NCBI GenBank assembly: GCA_963803435.1
Contig: CAWDML010000001.1
Span: 384,001-448,000, forward strand
Direction: 5' to 3'
From: an uncultured delta proteobacterium
Lineage (GTDB): Bacteria > Myxococcota > Kuafuiibacteriia > Kuafuiibacteriales > Kuafuiibacteriaceae
Length of the DNA: 64,000 bases
Below the pieces are notes generated by a model. The model saw nothing but the letters and a program-made list of their open reading frames with translations, was not told the DNA's origin and ran no database searches. Below are positions 28,899-38,666 of the stretch, in pieces. Made by a program: the position numbers and the translations under genes. Positions within the stretch are counted from its first letter, which is position 1; each line of letters starts with the position of its first letter.

Positions 28899-29395
28899 CC
28901 ATCTCCGAGAGACAGGCGCTGCATCAGCACCTGCTGAATTCGTCCGGACGTGTCGGTCCAGCAGACACTGACGCTGATGAGGCGGGCGTCGTCGTTCTGG
29001 GTCAGCGACGGGGGGGGAGAGACGACGGTGTCGAGCCGGTAGCCCGCGAGACCGCCGGTGGTCCGGGCGGTCGGATCGCTCGGACCCATGTCGTCCACGT
29101 ACTGGGTGCACTCGTAGAGGTCAGGGCTGGTGCCGAGGTCGGGCATCATCGCTTCGCCGGTCGCGCGACAGCCGACCACGCCGCCGCACGTCGGGAGCGC
29201 CGCCGCCGGCGACGTCGCGAGACGCTCGAGGCGCTGCAGCGCGACCTGGGTCGCCGTCTCGCGCATGCGTGACGTGCCCACCCCGCGCGCCGAGCTGGTG
29301 AAGAGGTTGGCGACCCCGATGACCCCCATTCCGAGGATCACGCTCGTCACCATGACCTCGATCAGGGAGAAACCGCGGGAGTGTTGGCGGGCCAC
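28895..29395 (-). CDS. pilV: PilV-like minor pilin
   Basis: RGFSLIEVMVTSVILGMGVIG, ATQVALQRLERL and ISVSVCW. GTG start at 29395. Confidence 0.8.
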   Translation of the reverse strand: MARQHSRGFSLIEVMVTSVILGMGVIGVANLFTSSARGVGTSRMRETATQVALQRLERLATSPAAALPTCGGVVGCRATGEAMMPDLGTSPDLYECTQYVDDMGPSDPTARTTGGLAGYRLDTVVSPPPSLTQNDDARLISVSVCWTDTSGRIQQVLMQRLSLGDG

Positions 29396-29409
29396 GACCG
29401 AGGCTGGAG

Positions 29410-29425
29410 TGCAGGCCGAGTGCCA
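29410..29425 (-). promoter_or_regulatory. Sigma54 (-24/-12) promoter for the pilV operon
   Basis: Minus strand reads TGGCACTCGGCCTGCA, with exact GG-N10-GC spacing. Confidence 0.6.
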
Positions 29426-29477
29426 CGCGTAGGCGGCCAGAACCAGGCACGGGGCACGCAGCCCGTTGCGTTCCGGT

Positions 29478-29513
29478 CGAGCAGCCCCTTGCGCGATCGC
29501 AAGGGGTTGCTCG
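29478..29513. repeat. 16-bp inverted repeat
   Basis: CGAGCAGCCCCTTGCG-cgat-CGCAAGGGGTTGCTCG, one mismatch. Confidence 0.7.
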
Positions 29514-29529
29514 GCGCTCACTCCCGTTT

Positions 29530-29547
29530 GCTGACAATCTTGTCAGC
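29530..29547 (+). promoter_or_regulatory. CusR/CopR-type response regulator box
   Basis: Perfect palindrome GCTGACAA-tc-TTGTCAGC matches the TGACAA-N2-TTGTCA CusR-box core. It lies upstream of an operon that encodes a CusR-like regulator. Confidence 0.75.
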
Positions 29548-29590
29548 GGGCCGTCAGGCGGATGTCGGCGGGAGCGGTTAGTTTGCCCGC

Positions 29591-30739
29591 ATGTCGGACA
29601 GGCGGCGCCCTCGAGGCGTGATCGCAGCCGCCGCGGTGGTGACGACGCTCGGCGTCCTGGGAGCCTCGCGGATCGTCCGCCGGGCCGACTCGGCGCCGGC
29701 GAAGGCGACCCGACCGGCGGTCCCCGTCTATGTGGAGACTGCGCGCACGCTCGACGTCCCCGCGGTGACTCGGGGGATCGGCACCGTCCAGTCGCTGCAC
29801 GACGTCACGATCCGGGCCCAGCTCGAGGGCGTGCTGGTCGAGGTCCTCTTCCGAGAGGGTCAAACGGTGAAGCGCGGCGATCTGCTGGCGCGCATCGACG
29901 ACCGTGCGATCGCGGCCGCGGCGGCGGAGGCCCGGGCCGAGAAGCGGAGAAACGAAGCCCAGCTGGCCGCGGCCAAGCTCGATCTGATCCGCTACTCCAA
30001 TCTCTGGAAGGAGGAGGCGATCGCGCGGCAGACCGTCGATCAACAGGCGGCGCTGGTCGCACAGCTGGAGGCGACGGTGGGCGCCAACGCCGCCGCGATC
30101 GCCGCTGCCGAGGCCCGGCTGTCCTACGCGCGCATCGTCTCCCCGGTCGACGGCCGTGTGGGATTGAGACGGATCGACGCCGGAAACGTGGTGCGGCCGA
30201 CGGATCCGGAGGGGCTGGTGAGCGTGACTCAGCTCGATCCGATCGCGGTGGTGTTCGCGCTTCCGCAGGAGGTCTTGCCCACCGTGCAGGCGCTCCTGCA
30301 TGGGCCGGAGCCTGCGCCGGTGATCGCCTACGACCGACCGTCGGGCGCCGCGCTCGCGCAGGGTCACCTGCAGATGATGGACAACCAGATCGATCGGACC
30401 ACGGGGACGATCCGTCTCAAGGCGGAGTTTCCCAACCCCGAGGAGAAGCTCTGGCCGGGCCAGTCGGTCTCGGTCGAGCTCCAGACCGGGTTCAGCGCAG
30501 GCGCGACGGTGGTCTCGCTGAAGGCGGTGCAGCGCGGTCGCACGGGCCCGTTCGTGTATCGAGTGATCGACGGGATCGCGAAGATGGTGCCGGTGCAGCT
30601 GGGGCCGGAGCACGGAGAGGTGGTGGTGATCCTCGAAGGTGTAGCGCCCGGCGACGTGGTGGTCCGCGACGGGCAGTCCCGCGTGATCCCGGGTGCCCCG
30701 GTGCAGGCGGTCAGCGCTTCAGAGGGTGGAGAGAGCTGA
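29591..30739 (+). CDS. RND efflux periplasmic adaptor subunit (MdtA-like)
   Basis: FREGQTVKRGDLLARID, IVSPVDGRVGLRRIDAGN and DNQIDRTTGTIRLKAEFPN. Confidence 0.93.
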   Translation: MSDRRRPRGVIAAAAVVTTLGVLGASRIVRRADSAPAKATRPAVPVYVETARTLDVPAVTRGIGTVQSLHDVTIRAQLEGVLVEVLFREGQTVKRGDLLARIDDRAIAAAAAEARAEKRRNEAQLAAAKLDLIRYSNLWKEEAIARQTVDQQAALVAQLEATVGANAAAIAAAEARLSYARIVSPVDGRVGLRRIDAGNVVRPTDPEGLVSVTQLDPIAVVFALPQEVLPTVQALLHGPEPAPVIAYDRPSGAALAQGHLQMMDNQIDRTTGTIRLKAEFPNPEEKLWPGQSVSVELQTGFSAGATVVSLKAVQRGRTGPFVYRVIDGIAKMVPVQLGPEHGEVVVILEGVAPGDVVVRDGQSRVIPGAPVQAVSASEGGES

Positions 30740-30740
30740 G

Positions 30741-33700
30741 GTGAAGGAGACCCGCGCCGGCATCTCCGCCTGGTTCATCCATCACCCGGTGGCGACGATC
30801 CTGTTGACGGTCGGCGTCGTGCTGCTCGGTGTGTTCGCCTTCCCGCGGCTTCCGGTGGCGCCCCTTCCCCAGGCGGAGTTTCCGACGATCCAGATCAACG
30901 CGAGCCTGCCCGGCGCCAGCCCCGAGACGATGGCGTCGGCGATCGCCACTCCGCTCGAGGTCCAGCTGAGCGCTGTCCCCGGGATCAGCGAGATGACCTC
31001 GGTCAGCCTGCTCGGAGCCACCAGCATCACGCTTCAGTTCGTCCTGGAGAAGGACATCAACGCGGCGGCGCAGGAGGTGCAGTCGGCGATCAACGCCGTG
31101 GCGGGGCGCTTGCCCTCGGACATGCCGAGCCTGCCCGTCTGGAAGAAGGTGAACCCGGCCGACAGCCCGATCCTGCTGGTGAGCGTGGTGTCGGACGTGA
31201 TGACGATGACCGAGCTGAGCGACGTCGGTCGAGACCAAGCTGGCCCGCCAAATCAGCCAGCTCGATGGCGTGGCCGAGGTCAGCATCTTCGGCCAGCAGA
31301 AGCCGGCGCTGCGGGTACAGGCCTCGCCCGAGCGGCTGGCCGCCTACGGGCTCACGCTGGCCGACATCCGCGCGGCGGTCCAGGCCACCAGCGTCAACCA
31401 GGCGAAGGGTGCGCTCTTCGGACAGGGGCACGTCTCGACGCTGGCCACCAATGATCAGCTCTTCGACCCGAAGGATTACAATCGTTTGGTCGTCGCCTAC
31501 CGGAACGAAGCGCCGGTGCTGCTGGGGGACGTCGCCCGCGTGTCGCTGGGCGCTGAGAACGACTACGTCTACGCGTCGCAGAACGGGCGCCCGGGCCTGA
31601 TCGTGGTGATCCGCCGGCAGCCTGACGCCAACATCGTGGCCACCGCCGACCGCGTGCTCGAGGTGCTGCCGCGCCTCGCGAGCCAGCTGCCCGCGTCGGT
31701 CGAGGTCGAGGTCATGATCGATCGGACACGGACGATCCGCGCCTCGCTGCACGAGGTCGAGCTGACCTTGATGATCACGATCGTGCTGGTCGTATTGATC
31801 ATGGGCTTCTTCCTCCGCCAGATCTCGTCGACCCTGATCGTGGGCGGCTCGCTGGTGGTTGCGGTGATCGCGACGTTCGCCGCCATGTACGGGCTCGGCT
31901 TCAGCCTCAACAACCTCACCCTGGTGGCGCTGGTGATCGCCGTCGGGTTCGTCGTCGACGACGCGATCGTGGTGGTCGAGAACATCCACCGGCACCTCGA
32001 GAACGGCGTGCCCATGCCGGAGGCGGCGCTCAGGGGCGCATCGGAGATCGGCTTCACGGTCGTCTCCATCAGCGTCTCGTTGATCGCGGCGTTCATTCCG
32101 CTGCTCTTCATGGGCGGCGTGGTCGGGCGTCTCTTCAAGGAGTTCGCGATGACCGTCAGCGCGGCCATCCTGATCTCGGTCCCGGTGGCGCTCACGCTGG
32201 CTCCGATGCTCGCGTCCCGCTACATGAAGGCGACCCCGCACCGCGCCGGGAGCGGATCGCGCCGCGGGTTCCCCGAGCGACTGCGGGACGGCTACGATCG
32301 GACCCTCACCTGGGCGCTGTCCCATCGGACGCTGATGCTGGCGCTCTTCGCCTCCGCGCTGGTCGCGGTGGTCGTCAGCTACCTCACCATCCCGAAGGGC
32401 TTCTTTCCCATCCAGGACACCGGCTTCCTGATCGGGACCACCCAGGCGGCCCAGGACATCTCGTTTCCGGACATGGTCGCCAAGCATCAGGCCATCGCGA
32501 AGATCCTCGCCGACGAGCCCGCGATCGCGGGCTACTCGAGCTCGATCGGTGCCTCCAGCAGCGGGGGCCAGAGCCTGGCGAACGGGCGCTTCTTCCTGGC
32601 CCTGAAGGATCGGTCCGACCGGGACATCTCGGGTGAGGAGCTGATCGATCGGCTGAGGCCCAAGGTGGCGAAGGTGCCGGGCGTGATGATGTTCCTGCGC
32701 GCGGCGCAGGACATCAACCTGGGCGCGCGGGGCTCGCGAACCCAGTATGCGTACGCGCTCAAGAGCGGGGACAGCGCATTGCTATCGGAGTGGGCGGAGC
32801 GCTTGACCGCGCGTCTCTCGGAGATGCCGCAGCTCACGGACGTGTCGAACGACCAACTCCTGGGTGCCAGCGTGGACCGCTTGACGATCGATCGCGCCGC
32901 CGCCGCGCAGTATGGGCTGACCACCCGGGACATCGATCAGACGCTCTACGACGCCTTCGGCCAGCGCCAGATCAGCGAGTACCAGACCGAGGTCAACCAG
33001 TATCGGATCATCCTGGAGATCGATCCGGAGCAGCGCGGCAAGGCCGAGAGCCTCGCCTACTTCCACCTGCGCTCACCGCTGACGGGACAGATGGTACCGC
33101 TGTCCGCGCTGGTGACGGCGGAGCCTCCCGGCACCGGGCCGCTGTCCATCAGCCACAACGGCATGTTCCCGGCGGTCAACATCTCCTTCAATCTGGCGCC
33201 GGGCGTCGCGATCGGCGACGCGGTCGGGCTGATCGAGCGGGCGAAGACCGAGATCGGCCTGCCTTCGTCGATCAGCGGCAACTTCCAGGGCGCGGCCCAG
33301 GCCTTCCAGGAGTCGCTGGCAACGCAGCCGTTCCTGATCCTGGCGGCGCTGCTCGCGGTCTACATCATCCTGGGCGTGCTCTACGAGAGCTTCGTCCACC
33401 CGCTCACCATCCTGTCGACGCTGCCGTCCGCCGGGCTCGGCGCCATCCTCATGCTCGAGCTGCTCGGTCAGGACTTCACCATCATGGCGTTGATCGGGAT
33501 CGTCCTCTTGATCGGGATCGTGAAGAAGAACGGGATCATGATGGTCGACTTCGCGCTGGCGGCGCAGCGCGATCACCGGGCGACCCCGCTCGAGGCGGTC
33601 CACGAGGCGTGCCTGGTCCGGTTCCGGCCCATCCTGATGACGACGCTGGCGGCGCTGCTCAGCGGGATCCCGCTCATGCTCGGGCTAGGGACCGGCTCGG

Positions 33701-33861
33701 AGCTGAGGCAGCCCCTCGGCATCGCGGTGGTGGGCGGGCTGCTCGTCAGCCAGGTGCTGACGCTGTACACGACCCCCGTCATCTACCTGACGCTCGATCG
33801 TCTCTTCCATCGCCGCGGCGCGGAGGCGCCGGCCGTCCCTACGAAGGCGGTGCACACGTGA
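30741..33861 (+). CDS. RND efflux permease (MdtB/MdtC-like, HAE1), frameshift at ~31228
   Basis: FIHHPVAT, LPGASPETMAS, GFVVDDAIVVVENI, GIVKKNGIMMVDFA and RFRPILMTT. Joins ORFs 30693..31454 and 31270..33861. Confidence 0.93.
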
Positions 33862-35219
33862 GAGGGTGGGCCGGCGGGCTGGCGCTCACGGCCCTCGCGG
33901 CCTGCGCGGGGTCGGCCCCCAGAGGCTTGCCGCGCGACGCGGTCCCGACGGCCTGGGAGACCACGCGCACCTCGTCGCTGGCCGTGACCTCGACCGGCGC
34001 TGCCTGGTGGGAGGCGTTCGGCGACCCGGTCCTCGATCGGCTGATCGCGAGGGCCGAGGTGCGGAACCTCGACCTTCGCATCGCGGACGCGCGGCTCCAG
34101 GAGGCGCGGGCGCTGCGCAGCGGAGCGACCGCCGAGCTCTGGCCGGAGGTCGACGGCTCGGCCGCGGTCTCGGTCTCGCGCTCGAAGCGCCCCGACGCCA
34201 AGCCGCGGGACTTTCAGCTGGGCCTGAACGTCTCCTGGGTGCCGGACCTGTTCGGCAGGGTCAGGAGCGAGGCGCGCGCGTCCGAGGCCGACGAGCGCTC
34301 GCTCCGCGCCGACCGCGAGGCCGTGCAGCTGTTGCTCACCGCCGAGGTCGCCGAGACCTACGTCGAGTACCGCCTTCGCCGGGTGCAGCACGCGCTCTCG
34401 CTCCGGACGGCCGAGGCGCAGGAGGCGACCCTCCGCATCACGCGGGCGCGCTTCGGCCAGGGCATCGCCAGCCGGTTCGACGTGGAGCGCGCGGTGGCCG
34501 CGCTGGCGATCACGCGCTCGCGGATCCCGGAGGCGGACACGTTGGCGGCGGCCGCGCGACACCGGCTCGCCCTCCTCCTGGCCGAGCCGTCCGACGTCGT
34601 CACGCAGGCCCTCGACGGGGACCGGCCGCTCCCGGACAGCGACCCCAAGCGAATCCTGCAGAGTCCGGCCCAGGTGGTGGCGCGGCGCCCGGACGTCCGC
34701 GCCGCCGAGTGGCGGTTTCTGGCCGCGCTCGCCCGCAAGGACGGGGCCGAGGCGCTCCGCTACCCGACCCTCGACCTGGCCGGGCTGATCGGCCTCGAGA
34801 GTCCGGACCTCACGGAGCTGTTCAATCCGGCCTCGCTGATCTGGTCGATCGGCGCGGGCCTGCTGGCGCCGCTGCTCGACTTCGGGCGGATCCGCGCCAA
34901 GATCGATGTTGCAGACGCGCGACAACAGCAGGCCTACTTGGAGTACGAACGGACGGTGCGAACCGCGCTCGAGGAGGCGCAGACCGCGATCATCTCCTAT
35001 GCGCAGGGCGTCCTGCGCCAGGGTGAGCTCTGGACTGCGGTGGTCTCGGCGCGCAAGGCCGCTCAGCTGGCGCGAAGGCAGTATCGCGAGGGGACGCTGT
35101 CACTGCTGGAGGTGCTGGACGCGGAGCGCAGCTTGAACGACGCGGAGCTGAGCTGGTCACAGGCGTCCGCGGACGTCTCCGTCCGCTTGATCACGATTCA
35201 TCGCACGATGGGGGGTTGA
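33858..35219 (+). CDS. Efflux outer membrane lipoprotein (NodT/OprM/TolC family)
   Basis: Lipobox LAAC, WWEAFGDPVLDRLI, RRPDVRAAE and LEVLDAERSL. GTGA overlap with the permease. Confidence 0.93.
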   Translation: MRGWAGGLALTALAACAGSAPRGLPRDAVPTAWETTRTSSLAVTSTGAAWWEAFGDPVLDRLIARAEVRNLDLRIADARLQEARALRSGATAELWPEVDGSAAVSVSRSKRPDAKPRDFQLGLNVSWVPDLFGRVRSEARASEADERSLRADREAVQLLLTAEVAETYVEYRLRRVQHALSLRTAEAQEATLRITRARFGQGIASRFDVERAVAALAITRSRIPEADTLAAAARHRLALLLAEPSDVVTQALDGDRPLPDSDPKRILQSPAQVVARRPDVRAAEWRFLAALARKDGAEALRYPTLDLAGLIGLESPDLTELFNPASLIWSIGAGLLAPLLDFGRIRAKIDVADARQQQAYLEYERTVRTALEEAQTAIISYAQGVLRQGELWTAVVSARKAAQLARRQYREGTLSLLEVLDAERSLNDAELSWSQASADVSVRLITIHRTMGG

Positions 35220-35222
35220 ACG

Positions 35223-35906
35223 ATGAAGGTGCTGATCGTCGACGATGAGATCAAAACGACCGACTACCTCCATCGCGGCCTCACCGAGCAGGGGTACGTG
35301 GTGGACGTCGCCGGCAACGGGATCGACGGCGAGCATCTCGCGCTCACCCGGGACTACGATGTGATCGTCCTCGACGTGATGCTGCCGGGGGCGGACGGCT
35401 TCGAGGTCCTGCGGGCGCTCCGCGCCGAGAAGCAGACCGCGGTGATCATGTTGACGGCGCGCGACCGGATCGACGATCGCGTGCGGGGTCTCAGCGAAGG
35501 CGCCGACGATTACCTGATCAAGCCGTTCTCGTTCCTCGAGCTGGTCGCGCGGCTGCAGGCGCTCACCCGGCGAGGCCGCGCCCAGGAGCCAACGCAGCTC
35601 CAGATCGGCGATCTCCAGATCGATCTGTTGAGCCGGCGCGCGTCGCGCGGCGGTGTCCGGATCGAGCTCACCGCCAAGGAGTTCGCGCTGCTCGCGCTCC
35701 TGGCGCGGCGCCACGGACAGATCCTTTCCAAGACCACCATCGCCGAGCTGGTCTGGGACATGAGCTTCGACAGCAACACCAACGTCGTCGAGGTCGCCAT
35801 CAAGCGCCTTCGCGCCAAGCTCGACGGACCCTTCCCGCGCAAGCTGCTCCGCACGGTCCGCGGGATGGGCTACCTGCTCGAGTGCGACGAGGAGGACGCT
35901 CGATGA
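35223..35906 (+). CDS. Heavy-metal-type response regulator (CusR/CzcR/IrlR family, OmpR class)
   Basis: [19 protein letters not shown] and [23 protein letters not shown]. Confidence 0.93.
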   Translation: MKVLIVDDEIKTTDYLHRGLTEQGYVVDVAGNGIDGEHLALTRDYDVIVLDVMLPGADGFEVLRALRAEKQTAVIMLTARDRIDDRVRGLSEGADDYLIKPFSFLELVARLQALTRRGRAQEPTQLQIGDLQIDLLSRRASRGGVRIELTAKEFALLALLARRHGQILSKTTIAELVWDMSFDSNTNVVEVAIKRLRAKLDGPFPRKLLRTVRGMGYLLECDEEDAR

Positions 35907-37228
35907 TCAGCCGTTCGATCGCGACCCGCCTCGCCGCGATGTTCGCCCTGGCTGCGCTGCTCGTATTCGCGCTGGTCGGCGGGGCCCTCCTTCGCGTTCT
36001 CCACCAGGAGCTCGACCGCCACCAGCTCCGAGAGCTCGAGACCAAGCTCAGCTTCGCCACCACGATGATCGGACGCTGCGTGACGCTCGAGAAGTGGGGG
36101 AACGTGCGGGCCAAGCTCGACGCGGTCACGCCCGGGGACGGGAGCACCCAGTTCTACATCTCCAGCGACGACGCCCGCTTCACGTACGCCTCGCCGGCGG
36201 CGGAGGGGCTGGCGCCGATCGATCACCGGACGATGCGTACGATGTCGCAGATGATCGCCGGCCACGAGGAACGACCGCCGGTTCGCCTCACCGTCGCGAT
36301 CGACTCGAGCCGCTTCGAGGACACGCTGCGCAGCTTCGGGATCGCGCTGCTGGTCCTCTGCGGGATCGGGGTGGCGATGGTGGCGCTCCTCGGCCATCGG
36401 ATCGCGAAGGTCGGCCTGGGTCCGCTCGCCGAGCTCTCCATGGAGGCCCAGGCCCTCAGCCCAAAGAACCTGGCGCAACGGCTGAAGCTGGCGCCTCTGC
36501 CCCGCGAGCTCTCGGATCTGGTCGCCTCCTTCAACGGTGCGCTCGATAAGCTGGAGCAGGCGTACACCCAGCTGGAGGCCTTCAACGCGGACGTGGCGCA
36601 CGAGCTGCGGACCCCGCTGGCGAACCTGGTCGGGCAGACGCAGGTCGCGCTCTCGAAGGAGCGGACCGCGCCTCAGCTCGAGGAGGTGCTCCAGTCGAAC
36701 CTCGAGGAGCTCGAGCGCGTGCGCACCATCGTCAACGACATGCTCTTCCTGGCGCGCGCCGACCGGGGTGAGACCGTGGTCGATCGCAAGCGCACCTCGA
36801 TCCGGGAGGAGATCCAGAAGACGGTCGAGTTCTTGGAGCTCATCATCGACGAGACCGGCGTATCGGTGCGGATCGCCGGGGACGCCGACGCGTCGATCGA
36901 GGTCTCACTCTTCCGGCGCGCCATCAGCAACCTGCTGCAGAACGCGGTGGAGCACTCCTCTCCCGGCGCCGAGATCCTCGTCGAGGTCTCGAAGCAGCCG
37001 ACCGAGCTCCGGGTCATGGTGGCCAACCCCGGCGAGGTCATCCCGGAGCAACAGCTCCCCCGGATCTTCGATCGGTTCTATCGCCTGGACGCTTCCCGCC
37101 GGAGCAGCGGCGCCAACCACGGTCTCGGGCTCTCCATCGTGAAGGCGATCGCGACGATGCACGGCGGCACCGTGCTCGCCGAGAGCGCCGGCGGCCGCAC
37201 CGCCGTCGGGTTCACGATCCCCTGCTGA
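35903..37228 (+). CDS. Heavy-metal-type sensor histidine kinase (CusS/CzcS family)
   Basis: Two TM helices, HAMP domain, [26 protein letters not shown] and GLGLSIV. Confidence 0.93.
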   Translation: MISRSIATRLAAMFALAALLVFALVGGALLRVLHQELDRHQLRELETKLSFATTMIGRCVTLEKWGNVRAKLDAVTPGDGSTQFYISSDDARFTYASPAAEGLAPIDHRTMRTMSQMIAGHEERPPVRLTVAIDSSRFEDTLRSFGIALLVLCGIGVAMVALLGHRIAKVGLGPLAELSMEAQALSPKNLAQRLKLAPLPRELSDLVASFNGALDKLEQAYTQLEAFNADVAHELRTPLANLVGQTQVALSKERTAPQLEEVLQSNLEELERVRTIVNDMLFLARADRGETVVDRKRTSIREEIQKTVEFLELIIDETGVSVRIAGDADASIEVSLFRRAISNLLQNAVEHSSPGAEILVEVSKQPTELRVMVANPGEVIPEQQLPRIFDRFYRLDASRRSSGANHGLGLSIVKAIATMHGGTVLAESAGGRTAVGFTIPC

Positions 37229-38291
37229 CGGAGGAACGAGCGTCGGAGAAGACCGCGATCTCCCGTTGATCCGCCCGCTCGACGAGCTCATGGATGCGGG
37301 ATTCGATGCCGTCGATCTCGCTCTGGTCGAGCCCGAGCTGGACGGTCCCCGCGCGGATCCGCACGCCCTCGTGCGGATCGAAGGGACGCTCGCGCTCGGA
37401 CTTCACCAGCACGCCGTTCTCGAGCACGAGCTGTGCGACAGTGCCGAGCGGCGCCAACTGCGCGCGCGTCACGTGCCGCAGGGTCGCGAGCTTGTCGGCC
37501 GGCAGGGCGGGCACGACGATGTGCGACCAGTTCGGAAGGCCCTCCAGGATCGGGAGCGGGTTGCGCAGCCCGCTGAAGGCGAGACCGTTGTCGATGGAGA
37601 AGGCGCGCGGCCGGCGCGGGTCGGTGGAGATCAGGAAGTTTCCGTCGTGCGAGTCCCGGTGGTCGATCAGATAGGTGAGCAGATTGAGCTGGCTGATCGC
37701 GCGGCGATAACGCGGGTCGCGCTCGAACCGGTGGGCGTGGAGGATGTGCTTGTCCGTGACGCCCTCGACCCAATACGTGAGGATCCCCAGCACGCAGTCG
37801 GTCCAGGGGAAGGTCGGCTTTGCGTCGGGCGCCTGATACTCGGAGCGAAAGCGCGTGAGCGGAACGCAGCGGATCGTGGTCGGCGGCACGACATACTCGT
37901 CCGGCGCGAGGAAGACCTTCTGCAGCTCGTACGCGGCGAGCTCCTTGCGCGGGGAGTTGTTGAACGCATCCCCGTCCCCCGGCGCAGACTTCCACTTGGC
38001 GCGGAATCGGACCTCCTGGCCCTGGTCCCATACCTCGAAGGTCAACACCTTGACGTCGTTGCTGCTCCGTCCCGGACCGGCGACGTCCACCACCGCGTAG
38101 TCGTCTCGCTCCAGCAGGCGCTCGATCCGAGCCTCGTCGAGGCAGAAGCTGCCCTCGCCCATCGTCGGATCGCCGCAGAGATCGGCCGGCGGAGTGACCG
38201 GAACGCTGGGGGTACCGTTTCGCTCCGGGGTCGCGCACGCGCTCGCCAGCATCATCAGCGCGAGGACGCGAAGATCGTTTCGTTCGCCCAC
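37212..38291 (-). CDS. Predicted lipoprotein with atypical kinase (PI3/4K-, HipA-, Fam20/CotH-like) motifs
   Basis: Hydrophobic leader ending ASAC, plus RAKWK, ELAAYEL, DHRDSHDGNFL and SIDNGLAF. Start uncertain. Confidence 0.65.
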   Translation of the reverse strand: MGERNDLRVLALMMLASACATPERNGTPSVPVTPPADLCGDPTMGEGSFCLDEARIERLLERDDYAVVDVAGPGRSSNDVKVLTFEVWDQGQEVRFRAKWKSAPGDGDAFNNSPRKELAAYELQKVFLAPDEYVVPPTTIRCVPLTRFRSEYQAPDAKPTFPWTDCVLGILTYWVEGVTDKHILHAHRFERDPRYRRAISQLNLLTYLIDHRDSHDGNFLISTDPRRPRAFSIDNGLAFSGLRNPLPILEGLPNWSHIVVPALPADKLATLRHVTRAQLAPLGTVAQLVLENGVLVKSERERPFDPHEGVRIRAGTVQLGLDQSEIDGIESRIHELVERADQREIAVFSDARSSVSRGS

Positions 38292-38666
38292 TCTCTCTAG
38301 TACAGACAGTTCGACCGCGCCGAACAAGCGTGACGATTCGGAGCACGCGGGCATCCTCCCCCCGCGCGCATTGCGGCGGAGGCGTACTCCGATCTGGTGG
38401 CGCAAGATTGGTTGCGGGCGCCGGCGACGATCGTCTCAGGCGCAAGCGCGGCGCCGCTTCCATCACGCCTGGGATGCGTGCCCCACGCCGTTCCATTGTT
38501 GGGTCTCGCGAGAGAGACGCTGCGAGACAGAATTACAAACGCGCGATCATGCGTGTGCCGATGCCGGCGTGATGCGCGTATTCGGACGTATTCGCTGCGC
38601 CTCCGACGGATGCGCCGCCCTCGCTCTACCACCACCTCCCCGTGCGATCGTCCCCGCCGACACACC

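Noticed and set aside
27369-29111. 580-aa ORF suggesting a PilW-PilX fusion
   Set aside because: A frameshift near 27940 bypasses the pilW stop at 27866. PilX has its own ATG and prepilin leader.
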